64,000 nucleotides of DNA from an uncultured Thermoleophilia bacterium (GTDB taxonomy: Bacteria > Actinomycetota > Thermoleophilia > UBA2241): NCBI GenBank assembly GCA_963705205.1, contig CAVPJG010000006.1:298125-362124 (forward strand), given 5' to 3'. Position numbers and translations under genes: made by a program. How positions within the stretch are numbered: position 1 is the stretch's first letter; each line of letters begins with the position of its first letter. Below the pieces are notes generated by a model that saw only the letters and a program-made list of their open reading frames with translations, searched no databases and had not been told where the DNA came from. Below are positions 54,433 through 63,840 of the stretch, one piece after another.

Positions 54433-55457
54433 ATGTACGCAGCCTACAAACCAGTGGAGATCCCCGGATGGGGGTGAGCCCCTCGGGGACCGGGTGGCTG
54501 CCGCCCCTGCCCGATCTGCGTGACTACACCGTCGAGCAGCCGGAGATCGCCAAGATGTCCGAGACGATGGGTCTGCCGGGCGAGCGGCAGAAGAAGCCGA
54601 AGGCGTTGCCGCCCACTGCGAACCTCAGGCCTTGGTGCTCGCCGATCGAGAACCAGAAGAACCTGAGGCTCCTGCACGGCGAACGCCGCCGCGGGGGTCG
54701 TCGAGTACTTCGAGCGCCGCGCCTTCGGCAGGCACCTCGACGGGTCTCGCCTCTTCATCTACAAGACCACGCGCAACCTGATGCAGGTGACCGGCGACAC
54801 CGGCGCCTGGCTGCGCACCACGATGGGAGCGCTGGTGCTCTGCGGCGTCCCGCCCGAGAAGTACTGGCCCTACGTGGTGCCCGACTTCGACAAGGAGCCG
54901 ATCGGCCTTCGTCTACTCGGTGGCGGACAACTACGAAGCGGTGCGAGTACTTCTGCCACGACCCGCTGGGGGGCGAACGTTCCAGGCGCCGACGGTGCTT
55001 GGCGAGCGTGAAGTACTACCTCGCCGCAGGGATACCTTCGATGTTCGGGTTCTGGGGGTTCCCGTCGTTCAACTACGTCCGACATCAAGGGAGGGATCCC
55101 CTATCCGTGTCCCGGCGAGCAGGGCCGCAGTGGGGGCACGCAATCGTCGCGGTGGGCTACGACGACGGCAAGCAAGATCAAGAACACGGTGTGCAACAAG
55201 ACCACGACGGGCGCCCTGCTCATCCGCAACTCCTGGGGCACGACCTGGGGAGACCTGGGCTATGGGTGGCTGCCAGTATCGACTACGTGCTGAACAAGCT
55301 GGCCCTCGACTTCTGGTCGCTGCTGAGTCAGGGCTGGGTCGACACAGGGGAAGTTCAACATCTGACCGAAAGCGCCCGTGGCGGGGACGCGGTCCTGAAG
55401 CGCGTCAGCCCGGCGCTGGCACCGTGCGCTCCGGCTGACGCGCTGAAAGGAATCTAG
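54433..55457 (+). pseudogene. Papain-like (C1 family) cysteine peptidase, multiply frameshifted
   Basis: Peptidase segments are spread over all three plus frames. They include GWLPPLPDLRDYT, PWCSPIENQKNL, (G)SCTANAAAGVVEYFERRAF, TGDTGAWLRTTMGALVLCGVPPEKYWPY, VKYYLAAGIPSMFGFWGF, GHAIVAVGYDD, TTGALLIRNSWGTTWGDLGYGWLP and DYVLNKLALDFWSLL. Confidence 0.75.
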
Positions 55458-55465
55458 GAGGGGCC

Positions 55466-55744
55466 ATGGGGACCGAGGAGCTCATCGACCTGACGTCCTG
55501 GCGCGTGTCGGCCGGCGTGCGCGCGCAGCGCATCTCGGAGGACATTGACGCACTCAAGCATTCGGATGGCAGCCCGGCGAAGGCTGCACGCGCCTTTCTG
55601 GAGAAGGCGACGAAGGTCATCAAGACGAGCCAGGAAGCGGGGTGGCTGAAGAAGCTGTCGCGGATCTTCAGTGGCAGCGAAGTCGAGCATGCGTGGCAGC
55701 TACTCAAGCAGGCCGAGGAGGAGGTCATGCTCGCGAAGGAGTGA
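55466..55744 (+). CDS. Hypothetical helical protein (probably the N-terminal part of a disrupted gene)
   Basis: 92-aa ORF starting 9 nt after the peptidase frame ends. Helical and charged. Confidence 0.4.
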   Translation: MGTEELIDLTSWRVSAGVRAQRISEDIDALKHSDGSPAKAARAFLEKATKVIKTSQEAGWLKKLSRIFSGSEVEHAWQLLKQAEEEVMLAKE

Positions 55745-55827
55745 CGCCGAGCTGATCGGCGACGTCCCGTGGCTCTGCGGAGGTCGCCCGCCTCAGCTGC
55801 TCCCCGGCGCGGGCCGATGAACTGTGC

Positions 55828-56349
55828 ATGACGCTGCAGAACTGGGGCGTCGACGACACGCACCACCCCAACGCCGAGATGGCGGCCGGGATCCTCGCGG
55901 CCGACCACGAGCAGAGCAACGCCGCCCAATCGCAGACGCGTGGGCTGCGCAACATGCTCTACCTGGCGGCGCTGATCGTGCTCGCCTTCGATGTCATCGT
56001 CTGGCGCCTCGGACTGGGCTTCGGCGGCGGCAGACTGCTTCTGCTCGGGGCGCTGGGTGGCGCGCTCGCCATGGTGTTCGCGGTGACCAAGGGCAGCCCC
56101 ATCACGCCCTACAACCTCGCGCTGCCGCAGTTCCTGCTCAAGATCGTGAGCGGCGGCGCCGTAGCCGTCGGCGCCCTGGTCATCCTGAACGCGACGTTCC
56201 ACGAGGCGATCACCCCCGCGGAAGCGATGATGTACGCCCTGATCTTCGGGTTCTCGCAGCAACTCTTCACGCGGCTGGTCGACGATCGCGCCGCGGTGCT
56301 GAAGGACGCCACCGCGCCGAAGGCGACGAAGGCGAAGAAGAAGGGCTAG
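55828..56349 (+). CDS. Hypothetical membrane protein (probably the C-terminal part of a disrupted gene)
   Basis: 173 aa with 4 hydrophobic segments and a KATKAKKKG tail. Its frame stays open and protein-like back to 55756. Confidence 0.45.
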   Translation: MTLQNWGVDDTHHPNAEMAAGILAADHEQSNAAQSQTRGLRNMLYLAALIVLAFDVIVWRLGLGFGGGRLLLLGALGGALAMVFAVTKGSPITPYNLALPQFLLKIVSGGAVAVGALVILNATFHEAITPAEAMMYALIFGFSQQLFTRLVDDRAAVLKDATAPKATKAKKKG

Positions 56350-56363
56350 GAGGTCGCGGCATC

Positions 56364-57998
56364 ATGAGCGCCACGAATGCCATCCGCTACGTCTGCCTGT
56401 CCGATCTCCATCTCGGTGAGGAGGACAGCCTGCTCACCGGGGTCGATGCGGAGACTGGGATGTGCGACCCCCTGGAAGGGCCGGTGCCCGTGCTGGACGG
56501 ACTCGCCGACAGGCTCGGAGAACTCATCGACGGACAGGAGCAGAGGCCGACCCTCATCCTGATGGGCGACGCGCTCGAACTGGCCCTGGCCACCGACAAC
56601 GTGGCGGCGATGGCCTTCGAGCGCTTCGTCAAGAGCACGTTCGTCGAGCAGCGGCTCTTCGACGGGATCTTGTACGTGCCCGGAAACCACGACCACCACG
56701 TCTGGGAGAGCGCCCGCGAGACGCAGTACGTGCAGAACTACCTCGCGGGCGTGCGAACAGGAAGCAGATGGCTCAGACGTCCCGCTGGGCGCCGCTCGGC
56801 ACCCAGCTGGAGCCGCCCTGGCACACGACCAGGATGCTGATCTTCGAGGACGACGCGCGCCAGGTCGAGCGTGTACCTTCCTGGGGCTACGTCGGCCATC
56901 GCTTCCCCAGCCTCGAGGACGTGCCCGTGCTCGGCGCGTACCCCCACGTGGGCCTGCGCACGCCCGACGGCGCCAAGGTCGTGCTCTTCCACCATGGGCA
57001 TCTCCTTGAAGAGCTCTACCACCTCATGTCCACGTTGCGCTTCCTCATGTTCGGCGACGAGGGGCTGGATCTGACACTCGACGGCATCGAGGCGCTCAAC
57101 TTCGCCTGGATCGACTTCTTCTGGTCGACGATGGGTCGATCGGGGCGAGATGGGCGCCGGCATCGAGTTGCTCTACGAGGTGCTGAGCCAGCGCCCTGAA
57201 CAGCTCCGCGAGTATGCGGACGCCATTGCTCGCGGCGCGGCGCGGAAGTGGGACATCCCCTACATCCCGACTGACTGGCTGGAGGAGCAGGCCCTGCGGG
57301 CCCCCATCCGCCTTCTGGTGGGGCTCGTCGAACAGGGTCTCAAGGAGGCATCGCCGAGTCGCGGGAGCCGCCTGCGACGACGCGCTGGTGGCGGCGCTCC
57401 GGGCGCACCTCGCGGGACCGGTCACGCGGGCCATGATGCACGAGTGCGTCTGCTCTCCCGCGCGCGACCGCCCCTCGCGCCCCCCAGAGCAGCTCACGAG
57501 TTCGTGTTCGGGCATACGCACAAGCCGTTTGCCACGGTGCTGGAGTCCATGTGTCTCGACCTCCGCTGCGCCGCGGAGGACCTTGGGGACCCCGGCAAGC
57601 AGCGCCCCGGATCGTCCGCCGGTGCGGAGATCGAACTGCCCGTCACGGTCTACAACCTCGGCGGCTGGGTGATTGACACGGAGGACCCCGAGCCGCTCCA
57701 CGGAGCCGCCGCCCTGCTGCTCGTCGAGGCCCTCGACGCCGTCTGGCTGCTGCTCTACCGGGAAGGCAAGACCTGCGATGAAGCGGCTGACGAGCGGCGC
57801 AGGCTCGCCACTGAGAAGAGCCCGTTCGCCGGGCAGATCGTGGACCGCGCTGACCGGCCACGCCGCGGCCTGGAGCGAGTGGGACCAGGAGGTGAGCCGC
57901 GCCCGAAGGAGCGGGCCGACCGACTCAGGGAACGCGTGGATGCGGCGCGCACGCGGCGGGCATCGGGACCCCAAGCGCAGGCGCCGCCGACGGACTGA
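56364..57998 (+). pseudogene. Large metallophosphoesterase-like protein, multiply frameshifted
   Basis: The N-terminus has IRYVCLSDLHLGEED, LILMGDALELA and VPGNHDHH. The sequence then continues through at least 4 frame switches (LFHHGHLLEELYH..., MGAGIELLYEVL..., EFVFGHTHKPF..., VYNLGGWVIDTEDPEP...). Confidence 0.7.
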
Positions 57999-58045
57999 GC
58001 GGGAGAGCCGCTACGTGATGACGCTGCCGAAGAGGGGGATTCACC

Positions 58046-58906
58046 GTGCCGAACACGACGAGCAACACCCAGGAGGAGAGCAGTCGCCTGAAGTCCCTCG
58101 CTACCCTAGTGCCGGTCATAGTCGGCGTATGCTCGCTGCTGTTCGCGGGATGGCAATACGTGGAGAAGAGGGGCGCAGACCGCGAGCTTGCGGCCCTGCA
58201 GGTGAAAGAGCAGCAGTACAAGAACATCGTGGCCAAGGCGAAGAACGCCGCTCGCTTGGATGAGTGCTATCTCGAAGTCACTGGAACCCTGCTCTACGGC
58301 CGCCTTCTGCACCGAACGAAAGGGCAGGTTGGCTTCGGGGACGAAGTCCTTCAGATACCGCCACCTGGCAAGATCGGCGAAGGCAGACTCAATGCGGCTT
58401 TGGTGGCGGTCACCGATGATCTCAGAAGGAGCCTGCAATGGGCTGGTGACTTGAAGCTGGCGAGAACGCCCATCGTAGATGACATCATGATGATGCTTGA
58501 GAACGGAGAAGGGATTGACTCGATGCGCTTTCTTGTTCTTCGCAACGCTGGCTTGTACGACCTTGGGGATGTGCAGGTAGACACTTCCCTGGTGAGCCGC
58601 GTCTGGAACGGTGCATCAAATGATTGGGATTGCAGGTACGAGCCATATCACATCCAAACCGGTGCGGTCGCACCAGGCAGCGCAGTTGCCGTCTGTATCG
58701 GAGTACAACCGACGTTTGTGGATGTGTCTGAGACGATCGGGGCCAGCATCCGCCCTCGAGAGCTCGTGCCGCAGCAGGATGAAGCGCACAGGTCCCAGGT
58801 CACGTTCACCGACGAATTGACCAATCACCGCGCCTCGAGGCTCATTAGAGATGAGTATCGCGACACCAGCCTCATCATCTCTGCGTACATTCAGGTAGGC
58901 GGCTAG
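58046..58906 (+). CDS. Hypothetical membrane-anchored protein (lower-GC orphan)
   Basis: GTG start. N-terminal TM LATLVPVIVGVCSLLFAGW. 286 aa with visibly lower GC and more A/T-ending codons than the rest of the window. Confidence 0.55.
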   Translation: MPNTTSNTQEESSRLKSLATLVPVIVGVCSLLFAGWQYVEKRGADRELAALQVKEQQYKNIVAKAKNAARLDECYLEVTGTLLYGRLLHRTKGQVGFGDEVLQIPPPGKIGEGRLNAALVAVTDDLRRSLQWAGDLKLARTPIVDDIMMMLENGEGIDSMRFLVLRNAGLYDLGDVQVDTSLVSRVWNGASNDWDCRYEPYHIQTGAVAPGSAVAVCIGVQPTFVDVSETIGASIRPRELVPQQDEAHRSQVTFTDELTNHRASRLIRDEYRDTSLIISAYIQVGG

Positions 58907-59368
58907 CTGAGTGTGTGGTGGACCGGCCACTCTCTGGTATCTCTGCTGTGCCGAGCGGAGCACGAGACGGCCGAGCAGGTGCGTGAGAGAGTCGAGCCCC
59001 GCAATGCGGTGTAAGTCCTGAGCAGCCAGCACGGGTAGAGGAGCGATCTGGGTCAACTGCCTACATACAGCCCGTGCCGCTTGGCCAGGTCATGCGCCGC
59101 GTATGAGGCTAGCCGGAATGCAGTGCGACCGGGTCGCGGGCCTGCCTTCGCGGCACGCGTGACTCTCATCACCCAGTGGGCGGCTGTATATCGAGCACAG
59201 GCAAACGCGACGAAGCGTGACTTCACCTGCTCGCTTGCAGGCAGCTTCTGCGCCGGCGGCAGCGACAGAATGACGACTGGCGACCCTGGTGGCGTAACCC
59301 GCGACAGCACCGCATAGACTCGGCAGGCCTGAGCTAGAATCACGCCACATGTCGGCGGGAGGCGGCGA

Positions 59369-60274
59369 ATGACGACGTACCAGGACCTACGGGCCCGGCT
59401 CGACCGGGGCGGGGTGGTCATCCTGGATGGCGCGACCGGCACCGAGCTGCAGAGCCGGGGCGTGCCCATGCACGGCTTCGCCTGGAGCGCGGCGGCGATC
59501 GACACCCACCCGGACGTGGTCCGCGCGGTGCACGAGGACAACGTCCGCGCCGGCGCGGACGTGATCATCGCCAATACCTTCTCGACGGCGCGGCACGTAC
59601 TGGAGCCGGCGGGGCTGGGCGACCGCGTACGGGCGCTGAACGAGCGCGCGGTCGCCTTGGCTCAGGAGGCGGCCGGGAGCGCCGCCGCCGGGCGGCCGGT
59701 CGCCGTGGCGGGCTCGATCTCGAGCTTCCGGACCCGCGTCACGCCGGTGGAGCAGCTCGAGGCGAGCTTCCGGGAGCAGGCCGAGGTGCTCGCAGAGGCG
59801 GGCGTCGACCTCATCGCCCTCGAGATGATGGGCGATGTCGAACAGGCGGCTCCCGCCATCCGCGCCGCCGCCGCAACCGGCCTGCCTCTCTGGGTCGGCT
59901 TCAGTTGCCTCATCGGGGACGACGGCGTGGTCCGCGCCTACGACGACAGCCCCTTCGCGACCGCCCTCGACGAGGACCTCGGCCTGCTGGCGGACCTTCC
60001 CCACGGCGACGTGGCGGTCACGGTGATGCACACCCTGACCGAGGAGACCGCGCCGGCCCTGGAGATCGTCGGCCGGCACTGGTCCGGCGTGACCGGCGCC
60101 TACGCCCACTCCGGCAGGTGGGCCGACCCGGAGTGGGAGTTCGACGACTCGGTGTCTCCCGACGACTACCTGCGCGCCGCCCGGCAGTGGGTCGAGATGG
60201 GCGCGCAGATCATCGGCGGCTGCTGTGCCATCGGGCCCGAGTACATCCGGCTGCTCAGAGAGCACCTGACCTAG
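59369..60274 (+). CDS. Homocysteine S-methyltransferase-domain protein
   Basis: VVILDGATGTELQSRG ... ADVIIANTF ... IIGGCCAIGPEYI (zinc/thiol motif). Confidence 0.85.
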   Translation: MTTYQDLRARLDRGGVVILDGATGTELQSRGVPMHGFAWSAAAIDTHPDVVRAVHEDNVRAGADVIIANTFSTARHVLEPAGLGDRVRALNERAVALAQEAAGSAAAGRPVAVAGSISSFRTRVTPVEQLEASFREQAEVLAEAGVDLIALEMMGDVEQAAPAIRAAAATGLPLWVGFSCLIGDDGVVRAYDDSPFATALDEDLGLLADLPHGDVAVTVMHTLTEETAPALEIVGRHWSGVTGAYAHSGRWADPEWEFDDSVSPDDYLRAARQWVEMGAQIIGGCCAIGPEYIRLLREHLT

Positions 60275-60335
60275 CTGCGGGCCGCGTGACGACGGCGCCG
60301 CATCGCGCGGGGCAGAAGAGATCCTCTGCCGGGCG

Positions 60336-60980
60336 TCAGGCCAGCAGCGCGTGCACCACCGCGATCCCCTCGGCTGCGTCGGTGCACCAGCCGTCCGCGC
60401 CCGCGTACTCCGCCGTGTGCTGGTTCATGGCCGTTCCGCCGATCACCACCGGCAGGCGCTGCTCCCGGTCGGCGGTGCGCTCGCGCACACGTCCGATCGT
60501 CTCGCGCAACGCCTCGAATCCGGTGGTCAGGAGGCATGAGAGGCCGAGCACGTCGGGGCGCTCGGCAACGACAGCATCCGCAACGAGCCCTGGATCGACG
60601 TCGACACCCAGATCGACGACGGTGAAGCCTCGCGCCTCGAGCAGCGTCACCACGATGTTCTTGCCGATGTCGTGGATATCGCCCTCGACCGTCGCGATGA
60701 CGGCCTTGCGCGAGTCCTGTGGACAATCCGCGGCGGTCATCTGGGGAAGCAGCACGTCCGCGGCCTGGCGGAAGATCTCGCCGGCCATGATGAGCGCGGT
60801 GACGAAGTACTCGCCGCTCTCGTACATCTGGCCGACCTGCTCCATCCCCGCGCGGCACTCCTCCATCAGCGCGCGCGGGTCTTCGCCGGCGGCGAGCCGC
60901 TCGCTGATGGCGTCGAGGCTGCCTCGCTGGTCCATCGCCACGATGAGGCCGACCAGGCCGTCTGAGGGCGAAGGGGTCAC
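60336..60980 (-). CDS. Corrinoid (B12-binding) protein, MtbC/MtmC-like
   Basis: N-terminal helical cap domain plus Rossmann B12 domain with DxHxxG (GDIHDIGKN). Its start overlaps the GntR gene stop. Confidence 0.85.
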   Translation of the reverse strand: MTPSPSDGLVGLIVAMDQRGSLDAISERLAAGEDPRALMEECRAGMEQVGQMYESGEYFVTALIMAGEIFRQAADVLLPQMTAADCPQDSRKAVIATVEGDIHDIGKNIVVTLLEARGFTVVDLGVDVDPGLVADAVVAERPDVLGLSCLLTTGFEALRETIGRVRERTADREQRLPVVIGGTAMNQHTAEYAGADGWCTDAAEGIAVVHALLA

Positions 60981-61789
60981 GCGCCGGCCCCCTTCCCGGC
61001 GTCCGGCAGGCCGACCGTCGTCGAGAAGTCCAGGCGATCAGACCGGCCGATGAACCGGCCCCAGCTCACCGGCCGGTTCCCGAAGTCGAAGAAGAGGTGC
61101 TCGATCACCCACGCCGACAGACCCGGCTCCTCGCCGAGGTAGGCTGCCTCGGTCTCCGTGAGTGCGGAGGCATGGAGTCGGAGGCGGCCGTACTTGAAGC
61201 CCGGCTTGCCGGCATTCGCCAGGAGATCGCGCAGCGCGGTCACCCCATATTCGGCTTCGACGAGCGGACGCCGCGGGTCGAACACGAGATACTCGCTGTG
61301 GTAGAAGACCGGCTCGCCGGCGTTGCTGAGGACGCGCTTGATGGCGACCACCGGAGATTCGGCGTCGACCGCGAGCTTGCGGCACACGCGCGGGGAGGCC
61401 GGCACGATCCGCGCCTCGCTGATCTTCACCGTGGTTGCGGCATCGTCGACCAGGCGGCGCAGGCTGCCGAGGTCGAACGTGGCGGTCCCGAGTTCCGGGG
61501 CCTTGACGAAGGTCCCGCGTCCGTTCTCCGTGACCACGACACCGTCCCGCGCCAGGAGCGTCACCGCCCGGCGCACCGTCATGCGGCTGACGCCGTATGA
61601 CGCGCACAGCTCAGCCTCAGAGGGCAGGCGGTCGCCGGCTCGATACTCCCCGTTCGTGATGCGCTCGCGCATGGCGCGCGCGACCTGGGCATACGGGGGC
61701 TCGAACGATGACCGATCGATGGACCTGAGCTTGCTCAAACGCTCTCCAGTTGGGGGCTCGACACCGCCTCGCAGGCTCGATTGTACCAC
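60977..61789 (-). CDS. GntR/HutC-family transcriptional regulator (wHTH + UTRA domain)
   Basis: LPSEAELCASYGVSRMTVRRAVTLLARDG. The more likely start is the TTG at 61737, preceded by a GGAGAG SD. Confidence 0.85.
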   Translation of the reverse strand: MVQSSLRGGVEPPTGERLSKLRSIDRSSFEPPYAQVARAMRERITNGEYRAGDRLPSEAELCASYGVSRMTVRRAVTLLARDGVVVTENGRGTFVKAPELGTATFDLGSLRRLVDDAATTVKISEARIVPASPRVCRKLAVDAESPVVAIKRVLSNAGEPVFYHSEYLVFDPRRPLVEAEYGVTALRDLLANAGKPGFKYGRLRLHASALTETEAAYLGEEPGLSAWVIEHLFFDFGNRPVSWGRFIGRSDRLDFSTTVGLPDAGKGAGA

Positions 61790-61798
61790 GCGAACGGA

Positions 61799-61814
61799 AC
61801 CTGTCTAGACAGGT
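61799..61814. promoter_or_regulatory. Perfect 16-bp palindrome, candidate GntR/HutC operator
   Basis: ACCTGTCTAGACAGGT is its own reverse complement and contains the GT-N-TA-N-AC core typical of HutC-subfamily sites. It lies in the divergent intergenic region. Confidence 0.6.
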
Positions 61815-61867
61815 AGGGAGCGTTCTGGTAGAGTCCACCAGAGCCGTAGGCGAACCGAGGGGGACGT

Positions 61868-62500
61868 ATGTCTCAGGAGTTGACCGACGCGATCGTGAGC
61901 CTGCGCATGGACGAGGCGGTGACGCTGGCCGAGCGCATGCTGGCCGACGGTACGGACCCGATAGCCATCATCGCGGCGAGCACTGAGGCGATGCAGGTCA
62001 TCGGCCGCCGCTTCGCCGATGGTGAGGCGTTCATCCCCGAGCTCATCATGGGCGGCGAGATCATGAAGAGCATCTCGCAGACGGTGCTGCCGGGGGAGAG
62101 TGGGCCCGGCACGGAGAACCCGAAGGGCACCATCGTCATCGGCACGGTCCGCGGCGACATCCACGACATCGGCAAGGACATCGTGGCGCTCATGCTCGAG
62201 ATCGGCGGGTACGCCGTCCACGACCTGGGCACGGACGTGCCGGCCGAGGACTTCGTCGCCGCCGTCAAGGCGCGCGACGCCGACATCGTCGCGCTGAGCG
62301 GGCTGCTCACGTTGGCCTTCGATGCCATGAGGAGTACCGTCGACGCCATCGCGGCGGCCGGCCTCCGCGACGAGGTCAAGATCATGATCGGCGGCGGCGC
62401 GGTCGACGAGAGTGTGCGGGCCTACACCGGGGCCGACGGCTGGGGCGACGTGGGCCGTGCCCTCGAGCTCGCCGATGAGTGGACACACGGAGGCGCCTGA
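61868..62500 (+). CDS. Corrinoid (B12-binding) protein, second copy
   Basis: Cap domain plus GDIHDIGKD (DxHxxG). Collinear with the 60336..60980 protein. Confidence 0.85.
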   Translation: MSQELTDAIVSLRMDEAVTLAERMLADGTDPIAIIAASTEAMQVIGRRFADGEAFIPELIMGGEIMKSISQTVLPGESGPGTENPKGTIVIGTVRGDIHDIGKDIVALMLEIGGYAVHDLGTDVPAEDFVAAVKARDADIVALSGLLTLAFDAMRSTVDAIAAAGLRDEVKIMIGGGAVDESVRAYTGADGWGDVGRALELADEWTHGGA

Positions 62501-63840
62501 TGCACCGCGAGGCAGAGGAGAAGCTCGGCGACCGCCTCATCGCTCGCTGGGTGAGCGGAGCGCACCTGCACTTCGCGAGCGACGAGGCGAGGAAGAAGTA
62601 CCAGGCCAGAGCCCAGCTCATCGTCGACACCATCCGGCTCGAGGACACCGGCAAGATCCCCGTCATCCCCGCCGCCACCCAGAAGTTCGCCCTCGACTAC
62701 GGCCCGGTGACGTTCAGGGAGGCGATGACCGAGTTCGACAAGGCGTTCGCCGCCTACGTGCGTCAGTACGAAGACACGGACTTCGACGCCTACGTCGGCC
62801 CCGAGTTCATCTTCCCGGCGGGCATGTTCGAGGCGCTGGCCTGGAACCGCGTGCGCCTGCCCGGCGTCCACCTGCCCGACGACGCGTCGTTCCAGTTCGT
62901 GGAGGCCGAGTACATGAAGGCCGACGAGTACGACGAGTACCTGGACGACCCGTCTGACTGGGTACTGCGCAAGTACCTGCCCCGCCTCTCCCCCAGGCTC
63001 GAGCCGCTGGCGCAGCTGCCGCCGCTCCGCAACACGCTCGTGTTCCACCAGGGTCTTCCCGACCTCGTCCTGGCCGCGGCCGAGAACCCCGGCGTGGTCG
63101 AGGCCATGACAGCGCTCAAGGCCTCCGGAGAGGCCGTGCAGCAGTGGTACGAGTACCTGGGGCGGATCGACCAGGAACTGGCCGGCCGGCTGGGCATCCC
63201 GCGCCTGCTCGGCGCGATGGCCGCCGCGCCGTTCGACATCATCAGCACCTACTACCGCGGCTGGCGCGGCGCGATCGTCGACATGTACACCCAGCCCGAG
63301 AAGATGAAGGCGCTCATGGAACGCCTGCTGCCGTGGCAGCTGCAGTACGGCATCGACGGAGCCAAGGCCCTCGACCACCCGATCGTCACCGTCTATCTGT
63401 ACAAGGGCGCCGACGGCCTCATGTCCGACGAGCAGTACGACGAGTTCTACTGGCCGACCCTCAAGAAGTTGCTCCTCGGCCTGGTGGACGAGGGCCTGCT
63501 CGTCTGGGTCTTCACGCAGGGCAAGTACGACTCGCGCCTGCACCACTTCAAGGAGCTCCCCTCCGGGACGTGCCTGATCCACCTCGAGAGCGGCACCGAC
63601 GCCTTTCTGGCGAAGGAGGTGCTGGCGGGCTCGCAGTGCATCGAGGGCAACGTGTCCAGCGCGCTGCTGGCCACAGGGTCTGTCGACGAGGTCGAATCCT
63701 ACTGCCGGAGGCTCGCCGAGGTCTGCGGCGAGGGCGGCGGCTTCATGATGGATTTCTCAGCCTTCCTCGACGAGGCCCGGCGCGAGAACGTCAAGAAGAT
63801 GATCGAGGTCGCCAAGCGCTACGGGAGGTCAGCGTCATGA
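62500..63840 (+). CDS. Uroporphyrinogen-decarboxylase-fold (MtaA/CmuA-like) methyltransferase
   Basis: 446 aa. The ATG overlaps the preceding stop by 1 nt. URO-D-like length and pattern, in a corrinoid gene context. The family call is tentative without an HMM search. Confidence 0.7.
   Translation: MHREAEEKLGDRLIARWVSGAHLHFASDEARKKYQARAQLIVDTIRLEDTGKIPVIPAATQKFALDYGPVTFREAMTEFDKAFAAYVRQYEDTDFDAYVGPEFIFPAGMFEALAWNRVRLPGVHLPDDASFQFVEAEYMKADEYDEYLDDPSDWVLRKYLPRLSPRLEPLAQLPPLRNTLVFHQGLPDLVLAAAENPGVVEAMTALKASGEAVQQWYEYLGRIDQELAGRLGIPRLLGAMAAAPFDIISTYYRGWRGAIVDMYTQPEKMKALMERLLPWQLQYGIDGAKALDHPIVTVYLYKGADGLMSDEQYDEFYWPTLKKLLLGLVDEGLLVWVFTQGKYDSRLHHFKELPSGTCLIHLESGTDAFLAKEVLAGSQCIEGNVSSALLATGSVDEVESYCRRLAEVCGEGGGFMMDFSAFLDEARRENVKKMIEVAKRYGRSAS

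Noticed and set aside
61815-61867. A cobalamin riboswitch upstream of the corrinoid-protein operon.
   Set aside because: The leader is only about 55 nt with one short hairpin (CTGGT…ACCAG). That is too short, and it lacks a B12-box-like sequence.
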